From Macrostomum lignano (taxonomy: Eukaryota): a stretch of DNA of 64,000 nucleotides. The DNA lies in assembly GCA_002269645.1 (NCBI GenBank), contig NIVC01002820.1, positions 62,001-126,000 of the forward strand, given 5' to 3'. Both the position numbers and the translations under genes were made by a program. The first letter of the stretch is position 1. Every line of letters begins with the position of its first letter. The notes under the pieces are model-generated. The model had not been told where the DNA came from, made no database searches, and saw only the letters and a list, made by a program, of their open reading frames with translations. Below are positions 37,601 to 52,600 of this stretch, in pieces.

Positions 37601-40600
37601 GCCTATTTCCAAGAAATTCAACTGCTCCAGTTTCTAGGAATCAGTACTGAAGCCTATTTCCAAGAAATTCAACTGCTCCAGTTTCTAGGAATCAGTACTG
37701 AAGCCTATTTCCAAGAAATTCAACTGCTCCAGTTTCTAGGAATCAGTACTGAAGCCTATTTCCAAGAAATTCAACTGCTCCAGTTTCTAGGAATCAGTAC
37801 TGAAGCCTATTTCCAAGAAATTCAACTGCTCCAGTTTCTAGGAATCAGTACTGAAGCCTATTTCCAAGAAATTCAACTGCTCCAGTTTCTAGGAATCAGT
37901 ACTGAAGCCTATTTCCAAGAAATTCAACTGCTCCAGTTTCTAGGAATCAGTACTGAAGCCTATTTCCAAGAAATTCAACTGCTCCAGTTTCTAGGAATCA
38001 GTACTGAAGCCTATTTCCAAGAAATTCAACTGCTCCAGTTTCTAGGAATCAGTACTGAAGCCTATTTCCAAGAAATTCAACTGCTCCAGTTTCTAGGAAT
38101 CAGTACTGAAGCCTATTTCCAAGAAATTCAACTGCTCCAGTTTCTAGGAATCAGTACTGAAGCCTATTTCCAAGAAATTCAACTGCTCCAGTTTCTAGGA
38201 ATCAGTACTGAAGCCTATTTCCAAGAAATTCAACTGCTCCAGTTTCTAGGAATCAGTACTGAAGCCTATTTCCAAGAAATTCAACTGCTCCAGTTTCTAG
38301 GAATCAGTACTGAAGCCTATTTCCAAGAAATTCAACTGCTCCAGTTTCTAGGAATCAGTACTGAAGCCTATTTCCAAGAAATTCAACTGCTCCAGTTTCT
38401 AGGAATCAGTACTGAAGCCTATTTCCAAGAAATTCAACTGCTCCAGTTTCTAGGAATCAGTACTGAAGCCTATTTCCAAGAAATTCAACTGCTCCAGTTT
38501 CTAGGAATCAGTACTGAAGCCTATTTCCAAGAAATTCAACTGCTCCAGTTTCTAGGAATCAGTACTGAAGCCTATTTCCAAGAAATTCAACTGCTCCAGT
38601 TTCTAGGAATCAGTACTGAAGCCTATTTCCAAGAAATTCAACTGCTCCAGTTTCTAGGAATCAGTACTGAAGCCTATTTCCAAGAAATTCAACTGCTCCA
38701 GTTTCTAGGAATCAGTACTGAAGCCTATTTCCAAGAAATTCAACTGCTCCAGTTTCTAGGAATCAGTACTGAAGCCTATTTCCAAGAAATTCAACTGCTC
38801 CAGTTTCTAGGAATCAGTACTGAAGCCTATTTCCAAGAAATTCAACTGCTCCAGTTTCTAGGAATCAGTACTGAAGCCTATTTCCAAGAAATTCAACTGC
38901 TCCAGTTTCTAGGAATCAGTACTGAAGCCTATTTCCAAGAAATTCAACTGCTCCAGTTTCTAGGAATCAGTACTGAAGCCTATTTCCAAGAAATTCAACT
39001 GCTCCAGTTTCTAGGAATCAGTACTGAAGCCTATTTCCAAGAAATTCAACTGCTCCAGTTTCTAGGAATCAGTACTGAAGCCTATTTCCAAGAAATTCAA
39101 CTGCTCCAGTTTCTAGGAATCAGTACTGAAGCCTATTTCCAAGAAATTCAACTGCTCCAGTTTCTAGGAATCAGTACTGAAGCCTATTTCCAAGAAATTC
39201 AACTGCTCCAGTTTCTAGGAATCAGTACTGAAGCCTATTTCCAAGAAATTCAACTGCTCCAGTTTCTAGGAATCAGTACTGAAGCCTATTTCCAAGAAAT
39301 TCAACTGCTCCAGTTTCTAGGAATCAGTACTGAAGCCTATTTCCAAGAAATTCAACTGCTCCAGTTTCTAGGAATCAGTACTGAAGCCTATTTCCAAGAA
39401 ATTCAACTGCTCCAGTTTCTAGGAATCAGTACTGAAGCCTATTTCCAAGAAATTCAACTGCTCCAGTTTCTAGGAATCAGTACTGAAGCCTATTTCCAAG
39501 AAATTCAACTGCTCCAGTTTCTAGGAATCAGTACTGAAGCCTATTTCCAAGAAATTCAACTGCTCCAGTTTCTAGGAATCAGTACTGAAGCCTATTTCCA
39601 AGAAATTCAACTGCTCCAGTTTCTAGGAATCAGTACTGAAGCCTATTTCCAAGAAATTCAACTGCTCCAGTTTCTAGGAATCAGTACTGAAGCCTATTTC
39701 CAAGAAATTCAACTGCTCCAGTTTCTAGGAATCAGTACTGAAGCCTATTTCCAAGAAATTCAACTGCTCCAGTTTCTAGGAATCAGTACTGAAGCCTATT
39801 TCCAAGAAATTCAACTGCTCCAGTTTCTAGGAATCAGTACTGAAGCCTATTTCCAAGAAATTCAACTGCTCCAGTTTCTAGGAATCAGTACTGAAGCCTA
39901 TTTCCAAGAAATTCAACTGCTCCAGTTTCTAGGAATCAGTACTGAAGCCTATTTCCAAGAAATTCAACTGCTCCAGTTTCTAGGAATCAGTACTGAAGCC
40001 TATTTCCAAGAAATTCAACTGCTCCAGTTTCTAGGAATCAGTACTGAAGCCTATTTCCAAGAAATTCAACTGCTCCAGTTTCTAGGAATCAGTACTGAAG
40101 CCTATTTCCAAGAAATTCAACTGCTCCAGTTTCTAGGAATCAGTACTGAAGCCTATTTCCAAGAAATTCAACTGCTCCAGTTTCTAGGAATCAGTACTGA
40201 AGCCTATTTCCAAGAAATTCAACTGCTCCAGTTTCTAGGAATCAGTACTGAAGCCTATTTCCAAGAAATTCAACTGCTCCAGTTTCTAGGAATCAGTACT
40301 GAAGCCTATTTCCAAGAAATTCAACTGCTCCAGTTTCTAGGAATCAGTACTGAAGCCTATTTCCAAGAAATTCAACTGCTCCAGTTTCTAGGAATCAGTA
40401 CTGAAGCCTATTTCCAAGAAATTCAACTGCTCCAGTTTCTAGGAATCAGTACTGAAGCCTATTTCCAAGAAATTCAACTGCTCCAGTTTCTAGGAATCAG
40501 TACTGAAGCCTATTTCCAAGAAATTCAACTGCTCCAGTTTCTAGGAATCAGTACTGAAGCCTATTTCCAAGAAATTCAACTGCTCCAGTTTCTAGGAATC

Positions 40601-43600
40601 AGTACTGAAGCCTATTTCCAAGAAATTCAACTGCTCCAGTTTCTAGGAATCAGTACTGAAGCCTATTTCCAAGAAATTCAACTGCTCCAGTTTCTAGGAA
40701 TCAGTACTGAAGCCTATTTCCAAGAAATTCAACTGCTCCAGTTTCTAGGAATCAGTACTGAAGCCTATTTCCAAGAAATTCAACTGCTCCAGTTTCTAGG
40801 AATCAGTACTGAAGCCTATTTCCAAGAAATTCAACTGCTCCAGTTTCTAGGAATCAGTACTGAAGCCTATTTCCAAGAAATTCAACTGCTCCAGTTTCTA
40901 GGAATCAGTACTGAAGCCTATTTCCAAGAAATTCAACTGCTCCAGTTTCTAGGAATCAGTACTGAAGCCTATTTCCAAGAAATTCAACTGCTCCAGTTTC
41001 TAGGAATCAGTACTGAAGCCTATTTCCAAGAAATTCAACTGCTCCAGTTTCTAGGAATCAGTACTGAAGCCTATTTCCAAGAAATTCAACTGCTCCAGTT
41101 TCTAGGAATCAGTACTGAAGCCTATTTCCAAGAAATTCAACTGCTCCAGTTTCTAGGAATCAGTACTGAAGCCTATTTCCAAGAAATTCAACTGCTCCAG
41201 TTTCTAGGAATCAGTACTGAAGCCTATTTCCAAGAAATTCAACTGCTCCAGTTTCTAGGAATCAGTACTGAAGCCTATTTCCAAGAAATTCAACTGCTCC
41301 AGTTTCTAGGAATCAGTACTGAAGCCTATTTCCAAGAAATTCAACTGCTCCAGTTTCTAGGAATCAGTACTGAAGCCTATTTCCAAGAAATTCAACTGCT
41401 CCAGTTTCTAGGAATCAGTACTGAAGCCTATTTCCAAGAAATTCAACTGCTCCAGTTTCTAGGAATCAGTACTGAAGCCTATTTCCAAGAAATTCAACTG
41501 CTCCAGTTTCTAGGAATCAGTACTGAAGCCTATTTCCAAGAAATTCAACTGCTCCAGTTTCTAGGAATCAGTACTGAAGCCTATTTCCAAGAAATTCAAC
41601 TGCTCCAGTTTCTAGGAATCAGTACTGAAGCCTATTTCCAAGAAATTCAACTGCTCCAGTTTCTAGGAATCAGTACTGAAGCCTATTTCCAAGAAATTCA
41701 ACTGCTCCAGTTTCTAGGAATCAGTACTGAAGCCTATTTCCAAGAAATTCAACTGCTCCAGTTTCTAGGAATCAGTACTGAAGCCTATTTCCAAGAAATT
41801 CAACTGCTCCAGTTTCTAGGAATCAGTACTGAAGCCTATTTCCAAGAAATTCAACTGCTCCAGTTTCTAGGAATCAGTACTGAAGCCTATTTCCAAGAAA
41901 TTCAACTGCTCCAGTTTCTAGGAATCAGTACTGAAGCCTATTTCCAAGAAATTCAACTGCTCCAGTTTCTAGGAATCAGTACTGAAGCCTATTTCCAAGA
42001 AATTCAACTGCTCCAGTTTCTAGGAATCAGTACTGAAGCCTATTTCCAAGAAATTCAACTGCTCCAGTTTCTAGGAATCAGTACTGAAGCCTATTTCCAA
42101 GAAATTCAACTGCTCCAGTTTCTAGGAATCAGTACTGAAGCCTATTTCCAAGAAATTCAACTGCTCCAGTTTCTAGGAATCAGTACTGAAGCCTATTTCC
42201 AAGAAATTCAACTGCTCCAGTTTCTAGGAATCAGTACTGAAGCCTATTTCCAAGAAATTCAACTGCTCCAGTTTCTAGGAATCAGTACTGAAGCCTATTT
42301 CCAAGAAATTCAACTGCTCCAGTTTCTAGGAATCAGTACTGAAGCCTATTTCCAAGAAATTCAACTGCTCCAGTTTCTAGGAATCAGTACTGAAGCCTAT
42401 TTCCAAGAAATTCAACTGCTCCAGTTTCTAGGAATCAGTACTGAAGCCTATTTCCAAGAAATTCAACTGCTCCAGTTTCTAGGAATCAGTACTGAAGCCT
42501 ATTTCCAAGAAATTCAACTGCTCCAGTTTCTAGGAATCAGTACTGAAGCCTATTTCCAAGAAATTCAACTGCTCCAGTTTCTAGGAATCAGTACTGAAGC
42601 CTATTTCCAAGAAATTCAACTGCTCCAGTTTCTAGGAATCAGTACTGAAGCCTATTTCCAAGAAATTCAACTGCTCCAGTTTCTAGGAATCAGTACTGAA
42701 GCCTATTTCCAAGAAATTCAACTGCTCCAGTTTCTAGGAATCAGTACTGAAGCCTATTTCCAAGAAATTCAACTGCTCCAGTTTCTAGGAATCAGTACTG
42801 AAGCCTATTTCCAAGAAATTCAACTGCTCCAGTTTCTAGGAATCAGTACTGAAGCCTATTTCCAAGAAATTCAACTGCTCCAGTTTCTAGGAATCAGTAC
42901 TGAAGCCTATTTCCAAGAAATTCAACTGCTCCAGTTTCTAGGAATCAGTACTGAAGCCTATTTCCAAGAAATTCAACTGCTCCAGTTTCTAGGAATCAGT
43001 ACTGAAGCCTATTTCCAAGAAATTCAACTGCTCCAGTTTCTAGGAATCAGTACTGAAGCCTATTTCCAAGAAATTCAACTGCTCCAGTTTCTAGGAATCA
43101 GTACTGAAGCCTATTTCCAAGAAATTCAACTGCTCCAGTTTCTAGGAATCAGTACTGAAGCCTATTTCCAAGAAATTCAACTGCTCCAGTTTCTAGGAAT
43201 CAGTACTGAAGCCTATTTCCAAGAAATTCAACTGCTCCAGTTTCTAGGAATCAGTACTGAAGCCTATTTCCAAGAAATTCAACTGCTCCAGTTTCTAGGA
43301 ATCAGTACTGAAGCCTATTTCCAAGAAATTCAACTGCTCCAGTTTCTAGGAATCAGTACTGAAGCCTATTTCCAAGAAATTCAACTGCTCCAGTTTCTAG
43401 GAATCAGTACTGAAGCCTATTTCCAAGAAATTCAACTGCTCCAGTTTCTAGGAATCAGTACTGAAGCCTATTTCCAAGAAATTCAACTGCTCCAGTTTCT
43501 AGGAATCAGTACTGAAGCCTATTTCCAAGAAATTCAACTGCTCCAGTTTCTAGGAATCAGTACTGAAGCCTATTTCCAAGAAATTCAACTGCTCCAGTTT

Positions 43601-46600
43601 CTAGGAATCAGTACTGAAGCCTATTTCCAAGAAATTCAACTGCTCCAGTTTCTAGGAATCAGTACTGAAGCCTATTTCCAAGAAATTCAACTGCTCCAGT
43701 TTCTAGGAATCAGTACTGAAGCCTATTTCCAAGAAATTCAACTGCTCCAGTTTCTAGGAATCAGTACTGAAGCCTATTTCCAAGAAATTCAACTGCTCCA
43801 GTTTCTAGGAATCAGTACTGAAGCCTATTTCCAAGAAATTCAACTGCTCCAGTTTCTAGGAATCAGTACTGAAGCCTATTTCCAAGAAATTCAACTGCTC
43901 CAGTTTCTAGGAATCAGTACTGAAGCCTATTTCCAAGAAATTCAACTGCTCCAGTTTCTAGGAATCAGTACTGAAGCCTATTTCCAAGAAATTCAACTGC
44001 TCCAGTTTCTAGGAATCAGTACTGAAGCCTATTTCCAAGAAATTCAACTGCTCCAGTTTCTAGGAATCAGTACTGAAGCCTATTTCCAAGAAATTCAACT
44101 GCTCCAGTTTCTAGGAATCAGTACTGAAGCCTATTTCCAAGAAATTCAACTGCTCCAGTTTCTAGGAATCAGTACTGAAGCCTATTTCCAAGAAATTCAA
44201 CTGCTCCAGTTTCTAGGAATCAGTACTGAAGCCTATTTCCAAGAAATTCAACTGCTCCAGTTTCTAGGAATCAGTACTGAAGCCTATTTCCAAGAAATTC
44301 AACTGCTCCAGTTTCTAGGAATCAGTACTGAAGCCTATTTCCAAGAAATTCAACTGCTCCAGTTTCTAGGAATCAGTACTGAAGCCTATTTCCAAGAAAT
44401 TCAACTGCTCCAGTTTCTAGGAATCAGTACTGAAGCCTATTTCCAAGAAATTCAACTGCTCCAGTTTCTAGGAATCAGTACTGAAGCCTATTTCCAAGAA
44501 ATTCAACTGCTCCAGTTTCTAGGAATCAGTACTGAAGCCTATTTCCAAGAAATTCAACTGCTCCAGTTTCTAGGAATCAGTACTGAAGCCTATTTCCAAG
44601 AAATTCAACTGCTCCAGTTTCTAGGAATCAGTACTGAAGCCTATTTCCAAGAAATTCAACTGCTCCAGTTTCTAGGAATCAGTACTGAAGCCTATTTCCA
44701 AGAAATTCAACTGCTCCAGTTTCTAGGAATCAGTACTGAAGCCTATTTCCAAGAAATTCAACTGCTCCAGTTTCTAGGAATCAGTACTGAAGCCTATTTC
44801 CAAGAAATTCAACTGCTCCAGTTTCTAGGAATCAGTACTGAAGCCTATTTCCAAGAAATTCAACTGCTCCAGTTTCTAGGAATCAGTACTGAAGCCTATT
44901 TCCAAGAAATTCAACTGCTCCAGTTTCTAGGAATCAGTACTGAAGCCTATTTCCAAGAAATTCAACTGCTCCAGTTTCTAGGAATCAGTACTGAAGCCTA
45001 TTTCCAAGAAATTCAACTGCTCCAGTTTCTAGGAATCAGTACTGAAGCCTATTTCCAAGAAATTCAACTGCTCCAGTTTCTAGGAATCAGTACTGAAGCC
45101 TATTTCCAAGAAATTCAACTGCTCCAGTTTCTAGGAATCAGTACTGAAGCCTATTTCCAAGAAATTCAACTGCTCCAGTTTCTAGGAATCAGTACTGAAG
45201 CCTATTTCCAAGAAATTCAACTGCTCCAGTTTCTAGGAATCAGTACTGAAGCCTATTTCCAAGAAATTCAACTGCTCCAGTTTCTAGGAATCAGTACTGA
45301 AGCCTATTTCCAAGAAATTCAACTGCTCCAGTTTCTAGGAATCAGTACTGAAGCCTATTTCCAAGAAATTCAACTGCTCCAGTTTCTAGGAATCAGTACT
45401 GAAGCCTATTTCCAAGAAATTCAACTGCTCCAGTTTCTAGGAATCAGTACTGAAGCCTATTTCCAAGAAATTCAACTGCTCCAGTTTCTAGGAATCAGTA
45501 CTGAAGCCTATTTCCAAGAAATTCAACTGCTCCAGTTTCTAGGAATCAGTACTGAAGCCTATTTCCAAGAAATTCAACTGCTCCAGTTTCTAGGAATCAG
45601 TACTGAAGCCTATTTCCAAGAAATTCAACTGCTCCAGTTTCTAGGAATCAGTACTGAAGCCTATTTCCAAGAAATTCAACTGCTCCAGTTTCTAGGAATC
45701 AGTACTGAAGCCTATTTCCAAGAAATTCAACTGCTCCAGTTTCTAGGAATCAGTACTGAAGCCTATTTCCAAGAAATTCAACTGCTCCAGTTTCTAGGAA
45801 TCAGTACTGAAGCCTATTTCCAAGAAATTCAACTGCTCCAGTTTCTAGGAATCAGTACTGAAGCCTATTTCCAAGAAATTCAACTGCTCCAGTTTCTAGG
45901 AATCAGTACTGAAGCCTATTTCCAAGAAATTCAACTGCTCCAGTTTCTAGGAATCAGTACTGAAGCCTATTTCCAAGAAATTCAACTGCTCCAGTTTCTA
46001 GGAATCAGTACTGAAGCCTATTTCCAAGAAATTCAACTGCTCCAGTTTCTAGGAATCAGTACTGAAGCCTATTTCCAAGAAATTCAACTGCTCCAGTTTC
46101 TAGGAATCAGTACTGAAGCCTATTTCCAAGAAATTCAACTGCTCCAGTTTCTAGGAATCAGTACTGAAGCCTATTTCCAAGAAATTCAACTGCTCCAGTT
46201 TCTAGGAATCAGTACTGAAGCCTATTTCCAAGAAATTCAACTGCTCCAGTTTCTAGGAATCAGTACTGAAGCCTATTTCCAAGAAATTCAACTGCTCCAG
46301 TTTCTAGGAATCAGTACTGAAGCCTATTTCCAAGAAATTCAACTGCTCCAGTTTCTAGGAATCAGTACTGAAGCCTATTTCCAAGAAATTCAACTGCTCC
46401 AGTTTCTAGGAATCAGTACTGAAGCCTATTTCCAAGAAATTCAACTGCTCCAGTTTCTAGGAATCAGTACTGAAGCCTATTTCCAAGAAATTCAACTGCT
46501 CCAGTTTCTAGGAATCAGTACTGAAGCCTATTTCCAAGAAATTCAACTGCTCCAGTTTCTAGGAATCAGTACTGAAGCCTATTTCCAAGAAATTCAACTG

Positions 46601-49600
46601 CTCCAGTTTCTAGGAATCAGTACTGAAGCCTATTTCCAAGAAATTCAACTGCTCCAGTTTCTAGGAATCAGTACTGAAGCCTATTTCCAAGAAATTCAAC
46701 TGCTCCAGTTTCTAGGAATCAGTACTGAAGCCTATTTCCAAGAAATTCAACTGCTCCAGTTTCTAGGAATCAGTACTGAAGCCTATTTCCAAGAAATTCA
46801 ACTGCTCCAGTTTCTAGGAATCAGTACTGAAGCCTATTTCCAAGAAATTCAACTGCTCCAGTTTCTAGGAATCAGTACTGAAGCCTATTTCCAAGAAATT
46901 CAACTGCTCCAGTTTCTAGGAATCAGTACTGAAGCCTATTTCCAAGAAATTCAACTGCTCCAGTTTCTAGGAATCAGTACTGAAGCCTATTTCCAAGAAA
47001 TTCAACTGCTCCAGTTTCTAGGAATCAGTACTGAAGCCTATTTCCAAGAAATTCAACTGCTCCAGTTTCTAGGAATCAGTACTGAAGCCTATTTCCAAGA
47101 AATTCAACTGCTCCAGTTTCTAGGAATCAGTACTGAAGCCTATTTCCAAGAAATTCAACTGCTCCAGTTTCTAGGAATCAGTACTGAAGCCTATTTCCAA
47201 GAAATTCAACTGCTCCAGTTTCTAGGAATCAGTACTGAAGCCTATTTCCAAGAAATTCAACTGCTCCAGTTTCTAGGAATCAGTACTGAAGCCTATTTCC
47301 AAGAAATTCAACTGCTCCAGTTTCTAGGAATCAGTACTGAAGCCTATTTCCAAGAAATTCAACTGCTCCAGTTTCTAGGAATCAGTACTGAAGCCTATTT
47401 CCAAGAAATTCAACTGCTCCAGTTTCTAGGAATCAGTACTGAAGCCTATTTCCAAGAAATTCAACTGCTCCAGTTTCTAGGAATCAGTACTGAAGCCTAT
47501 TTCCAAGAAATTCAACTGCTCCAGTTTCTAGGAATCAGTACTGAAGCCTATTTCCAAGAAATTCAACTGCTCCAGTTTCTAGGAATCAGTACTGAAGCCT
47601 ATTTCCAAGAAATTCAACTGCTCCAGTTTCTAGGAATCAGTACTGAAGCCTATTTCCAAGAAATTCAACTGCTCCAGTTTCTAGGAATCAGTACTGAAGC
47701 CTATTTCCAAGAAATTCAACTGCTCCAGTTTCTAGGAATCAGTACTGAAGCCTATTTCCAAGAAATTCAACTGCTCCAGTTTCTAGGAATCAGTACTGAA
47801 GCCTATTTCCAAGAAATTCAACTGCTCCAGTTTCTAGGAATCAGTACTGAAGCCTATTTCCAAGAAATTCAACTGCTCCAGTTTCTAGGAATCAGTACTG
47901 AAGCCTATTTCCAAGAAATTCAACTGCTCCAGTTTCTAGGAATCAGTACTGAAGCCTATTTCCAAGAAATTCAACTGCTCCAGTTTCTAGGAATCAGTAC
48001 TGAAGCCTATTTCCAAGAAATTCAACTGCTCCAGTTTCTAGGAATCAGTACTGAAGCCTATTTCCAAGAAATTCAACTGCTCCAGTTTCTAGGAATCAGT
48101 ACTGAAGCCTATTTCCAAGAAATTCAACTGCTCCAGTTTCTAGGAATCAGTACTGAAGCCTATTTCCAAGAAATTCAACTGCTCCAGTTTCTAGGAATCA
48201 GTACTGAAGCCTATTTCCAAGAAATTCAACTGCTCCAGTTTCTAGGAATCAGTACTGAAGCCTATTTCCAAGAAATTCAACTGCTCCAGTTTCTAGGAAT
48301 CAGTACTGAAGCCTATTTCCAAGAAATTCAACTGCTCCAGTTTCTAGGAATCAGTACTGAAGCCTATTTCCAAGAAATTCAACTGCTCCAGTTTCTAGGA
48401 ATCAGTACTGAAGCCTATTTCCAAGAAATTCAACTGCTCCAGTTTCTAGGAATCAGTACTGAAGCCTATTTCCAAGAAATTCAACTGCTCCAGTTTCTAG
48501 GAATCAGTACTGAAGCCTATTTCCAAGAAATTCAACTGCTCCAGTTTCTAGGAATCAGTACTGAAGCCTATTTCCAAGAAATTCAACTGCTCCAGTTTCT
48601 AGGAATCAGTACTGAAGCCTATTTCCAAGAAATTCAACTGCTCCAGTTTCTAGGAATCAGTACTGAAGCCTATTTCCAAGAAATTCAACTGCTCCAGTTT
48701 CTAGGAATCAGTACTGAAGCCTATTTCCAAGAAATTCAACTGCTCCAGTTTCTAGGAATCAGTACTGAAGCCTATTTCCAAGAAATTCAACTGCTCCAGT
48801 TTCTAGGAATCAGTACTGAAGCCTATTTCCAAGAAATTCAACTGCTCCAGTTTCTAGGAATCAGTACTGAAGCCTATTTCCAAGAAATTCAACTGCTCCA
48901 GTTTCTAGGAATCAGTACTGAAGCCTATTTCCAAGAAATTCAACTGCTCCAGTTTCTAGGAATCAGTACTGAAGCCTATTTCCAAGAAATTCAACTGCTC
49001 CAGTTTCTAGGAATCAGTACTGAAGCCTATTTCCAAGAAATTCAACTGCTCCAGTTTCTAGGAATCAGTACTGAAGCCTATTTCCAAGAAATTCAACTGC
49101 TCCAGTTTCTAGGAATCAGTACTGAAGCCTATTTCCAAGAAATTCAACTGCTCCAGTTTCTAGGAATCAGTACTGAAGCCTATTTCCAAGAAATTCAACT
49201 GCTCCAGTTTCTAGGAATCAGTACTGAAGCCTATTTCCAAGAAATTCAACTGCTCCAGTTTCTAGGAATCAGTACTGAAGCCTATTTCCAAGAAATTCAA
49301 CTGCTCCAGTTTCTAGGAATCAGTACTGAAGCCTATTTCCAAGAAATTCAACTGCTCCAGTTTCTAGGAATCAGTACTGAAGCCTATTTCCAAGAAATTC
49401 AACTGCTCCAGTTTCTAGGAATCAGTACTGAAGCCTATTTCCAAGAAATTCAACTGCTCCAGTTTCTAGGAATCAGTACTGAAGCCTATTTCCAAGAAAT
49501 TCAACTGCTCCAGTTTCTAGGAATCAGTACTGAAGCCTATTTCCAAGAAATTCAACTGCTCCAGTTTCTAGGAATCAGTACTGAAGCCTATTTCCAAGAA

Positions 49601-52600
49601 ATTCAACTGCTCCAGTTTCTAGGAATCAGTACTGAAGCCTATTTCCAAGAAATTCAACTGCTCCAGTTTCTAGGAATCAGTACTGAAGCCTATTTCCAAG
49701 AAATTCAACTGCTCCAGTTTCTAGGAATCAGTACTGAAGCCTATTTCCAAGAAATTCAACTGCTCCAGTTTCTAGGAATCAGTACTGAAGCCTATTTCCA
49801 AGAAATTCAACTGCTCCAGTTTCTAGGAATCAGTACTGAAGCCTATTTCCAAGAAATTCAACTGCTCCAGTTTCTAGGAATCAGTACTGAAGCCTATTTC
49901 CAAGAAATTCAACTGCTCCAGTTTCTAGGAATCAGTACTGAAGCCTATTTCCAAGAAATTCAACTGCTCCAGTTTCTAGGAATCAGTACTGAAGCCTATT
50001 TCCAAGAAATTCAACTGCTCCAGTTTCTAGGAATCAGTACTGAAGCCTATTTCCAAGAAATTCAACTGCTCCAGTTTCTAGGAATCAGTACTGAAGCCTA
50101 TTTCCAAGAAATTCAACTGCTCCAGTTTCTAGGAATCAGTACTGAAGCCTATTTCCAAGAAATTCAACTGCTCCAGTTTCTAGGAATCAGTACTGAAGCC
50201 TATTTCCAAGAAATTCAACTGCTCCAGTTTCTAGGAATCAGTACTGAAGCCTATTTCCAAGAAATTCAACTGCTCCAGTTTCTAGGAATCAGTACTGAAG
50301 CCTATTTCCAAGAAATTCAACTGCTCCAGTTTCTAGGAATCAGTACTGAAGCCTATTTCCAAGAAATTCAACTGCTCCAGTTTCTAGGAATCAGTACTGA
50401 AGCCTATTTCCAAGAAATTCAACTGCTCCAGTTTCTAGGAATCAGTACTGAAGCCTATTTCCAAGAAATTCAACTGCTCCAGTTTCTAGGAATCAGTACT
50501 GAAGCCTATTTCCAAGAAATTCAACTGCTCCAGTTTCTAGGAATCAGTACTGAAGCCTATTTCCAAGAAATTCAACTGCTCCAGTTTCTAGGAATCAGTA
50601 CTGAAGCCTATTTCCAAGAAATTCAACTGCTCCAGTTTCTAGGAATCAGTACTGAAGCCTATTTCCAAGAAATTCAACTGCTCCAGTTTCTAGGAATCAG
50701 TACTGAAGCCTATTTCCAAGAAATTCAACTGCTCCAGTTTCTAGGAATCAGTACTGAAGCCTATTTCCAAGAAATTCAACTGCTCCAGTTTCTAGGAATC
50801 AGTACTGAAGCCTATTTCCAAGAAATTCAACTGCTCCAGTTTCTAGGAATCAGTACTGAAGCCTATTTCCAAGAAATTCAACTGCTCCAGTTTCTAGGAA
50901 TCAGTACTGAAGCCTATTTCCAAGAAATTCAACTGCTCCAGTTTCTAGGAATCAGTACTGAAGCCTATTTCCAAGAAATTCAACTGCTCCAGTTTCTAGG
51001 AATCAGTACTGAAGCCTATTTCCAAGAAATTCAACTGCTCCAGTTTCTAGGAATCAGTACTGAAGCCTATTTCCAAGAAATTCAACTGCTCCAGTTTCTA
51101 GGAATCAGTACTGAAGCCTATTTCCAAGAAATTCAACTGCTCCAGTTTCTAGGAATCAGTACTGAAGCCTATTTCCAAGAAATTCAACTGCTCCAGTTTC
51201 TAGGAATCAGTACTGAAGCCTATTTCCAAGAAATTCAACTGCTCCAGTTTCTAGGAATCAGTACTGAAGCCTATTTCCAAGAAATTCAACTGCTCCAGTT
51301 TCTAGGAATCAGTACTGAAGCCTATTTCCAAGAAATTCAACTGCTCCAGTTTCTAGGAATCAGTACTGAAGCCTATTTCCAAGAAATTCAACTGCTCCAG
51401 TTTCTAGGAATCAGTACTGAAGCCTATTTCCAAGAAATTCAACTGCTCCAGTTTCTAGGAATCAGTACTGAAGCCTATTTCCAAGAAATTCAACTGCTCC
51501 AGTTTCTAGGAATCAGTACTGAAGCCTATTTCCAAGAAATTCAACTGCTCCAGTTTCTAGGAATCAGTACTGAAGCCTATTTCCAAGAAATTCAACTGCT
51601 CCAGTTTCTAGGAATCAGTACTGAAGCCTATTTCCAAGAAATTCAACTGCTCCAGTTTCTAGGAATCAGTACTGAAGCCTATTTCCAAGAAATTCAACTG
51701 CTCCAGTTTCTAGGAATCAGTACTGAAGCCTATTTCCAAGAAATTCAACTGCTCCAGTTTCTAGGAATCAGTACTGAAGCCTATTTCCAAGAAATTCAAC
51801 TGCTCCAGTTTCTAGGAATCAGTACTGAAGCCTATTTCCAAGAAATTCAACTGCTCCAGTTTCTAGGAATCAGTACTGAAGCCTATTTCCAAGAAATTCA
51901 ACTGCTCCAGTTTCTAGGAATCAGTACTGAAGCCTATTTCCAAGAAATTCAACTGCTCCAGTTTCTAGGAATCAGTACTGAAGCCTATTTCCAAGAAATT
52001 CAACTGCTCCAGTTTCTAGGAATCAGTACTGAAGCCTATTTCCAAGAAATTCAACTGCTCCAGTTTCTAGGAATCAGTACTGAAGCCTATTTCCAAGAAA
52101 TTCAACTGCTCCAGTTTCTAGGAATCAGTACTGAAGCCTATTTCCAAGAAATTCAACTGCTCCAGTTTCTAGGAATCAGTACTGAAGCCTATTTCCAAGA
52201 AATTCAACTGCTCCAGTTTCTAGGAATCAGTACTGAAGCCTATTTCCAAGAAATTCAACTGCTCCAGTTTCTAGGAATCAGTACTGAAGCCTATTTCCAA
52301 GAAATTCAACTGCTCCAGTTTCTAGGAATCAGTACTGAAGCCTATTTCCAAGAAATTCAACTGCTCCAGTTTCTAGGAATCAGTACTGAAGCCTATTTCC
52401 AAGAAATTCAACTGCTCCAGTTTCTAGGAATCAGTACTGAAGCCTATTTCCAAGAAATTCAACTGCTCCAGTTTCTAGGAATCAGTACTGAAGCCTATTT
52501 CCAAGAAATTCAACTGCTCCAGTTTCTAGGAATCAGTACTGAAGCCTATTTCCAAGAAATTCAACTGCTCCAGTTTCTAGGAATCAGTACTGAAGCCTAT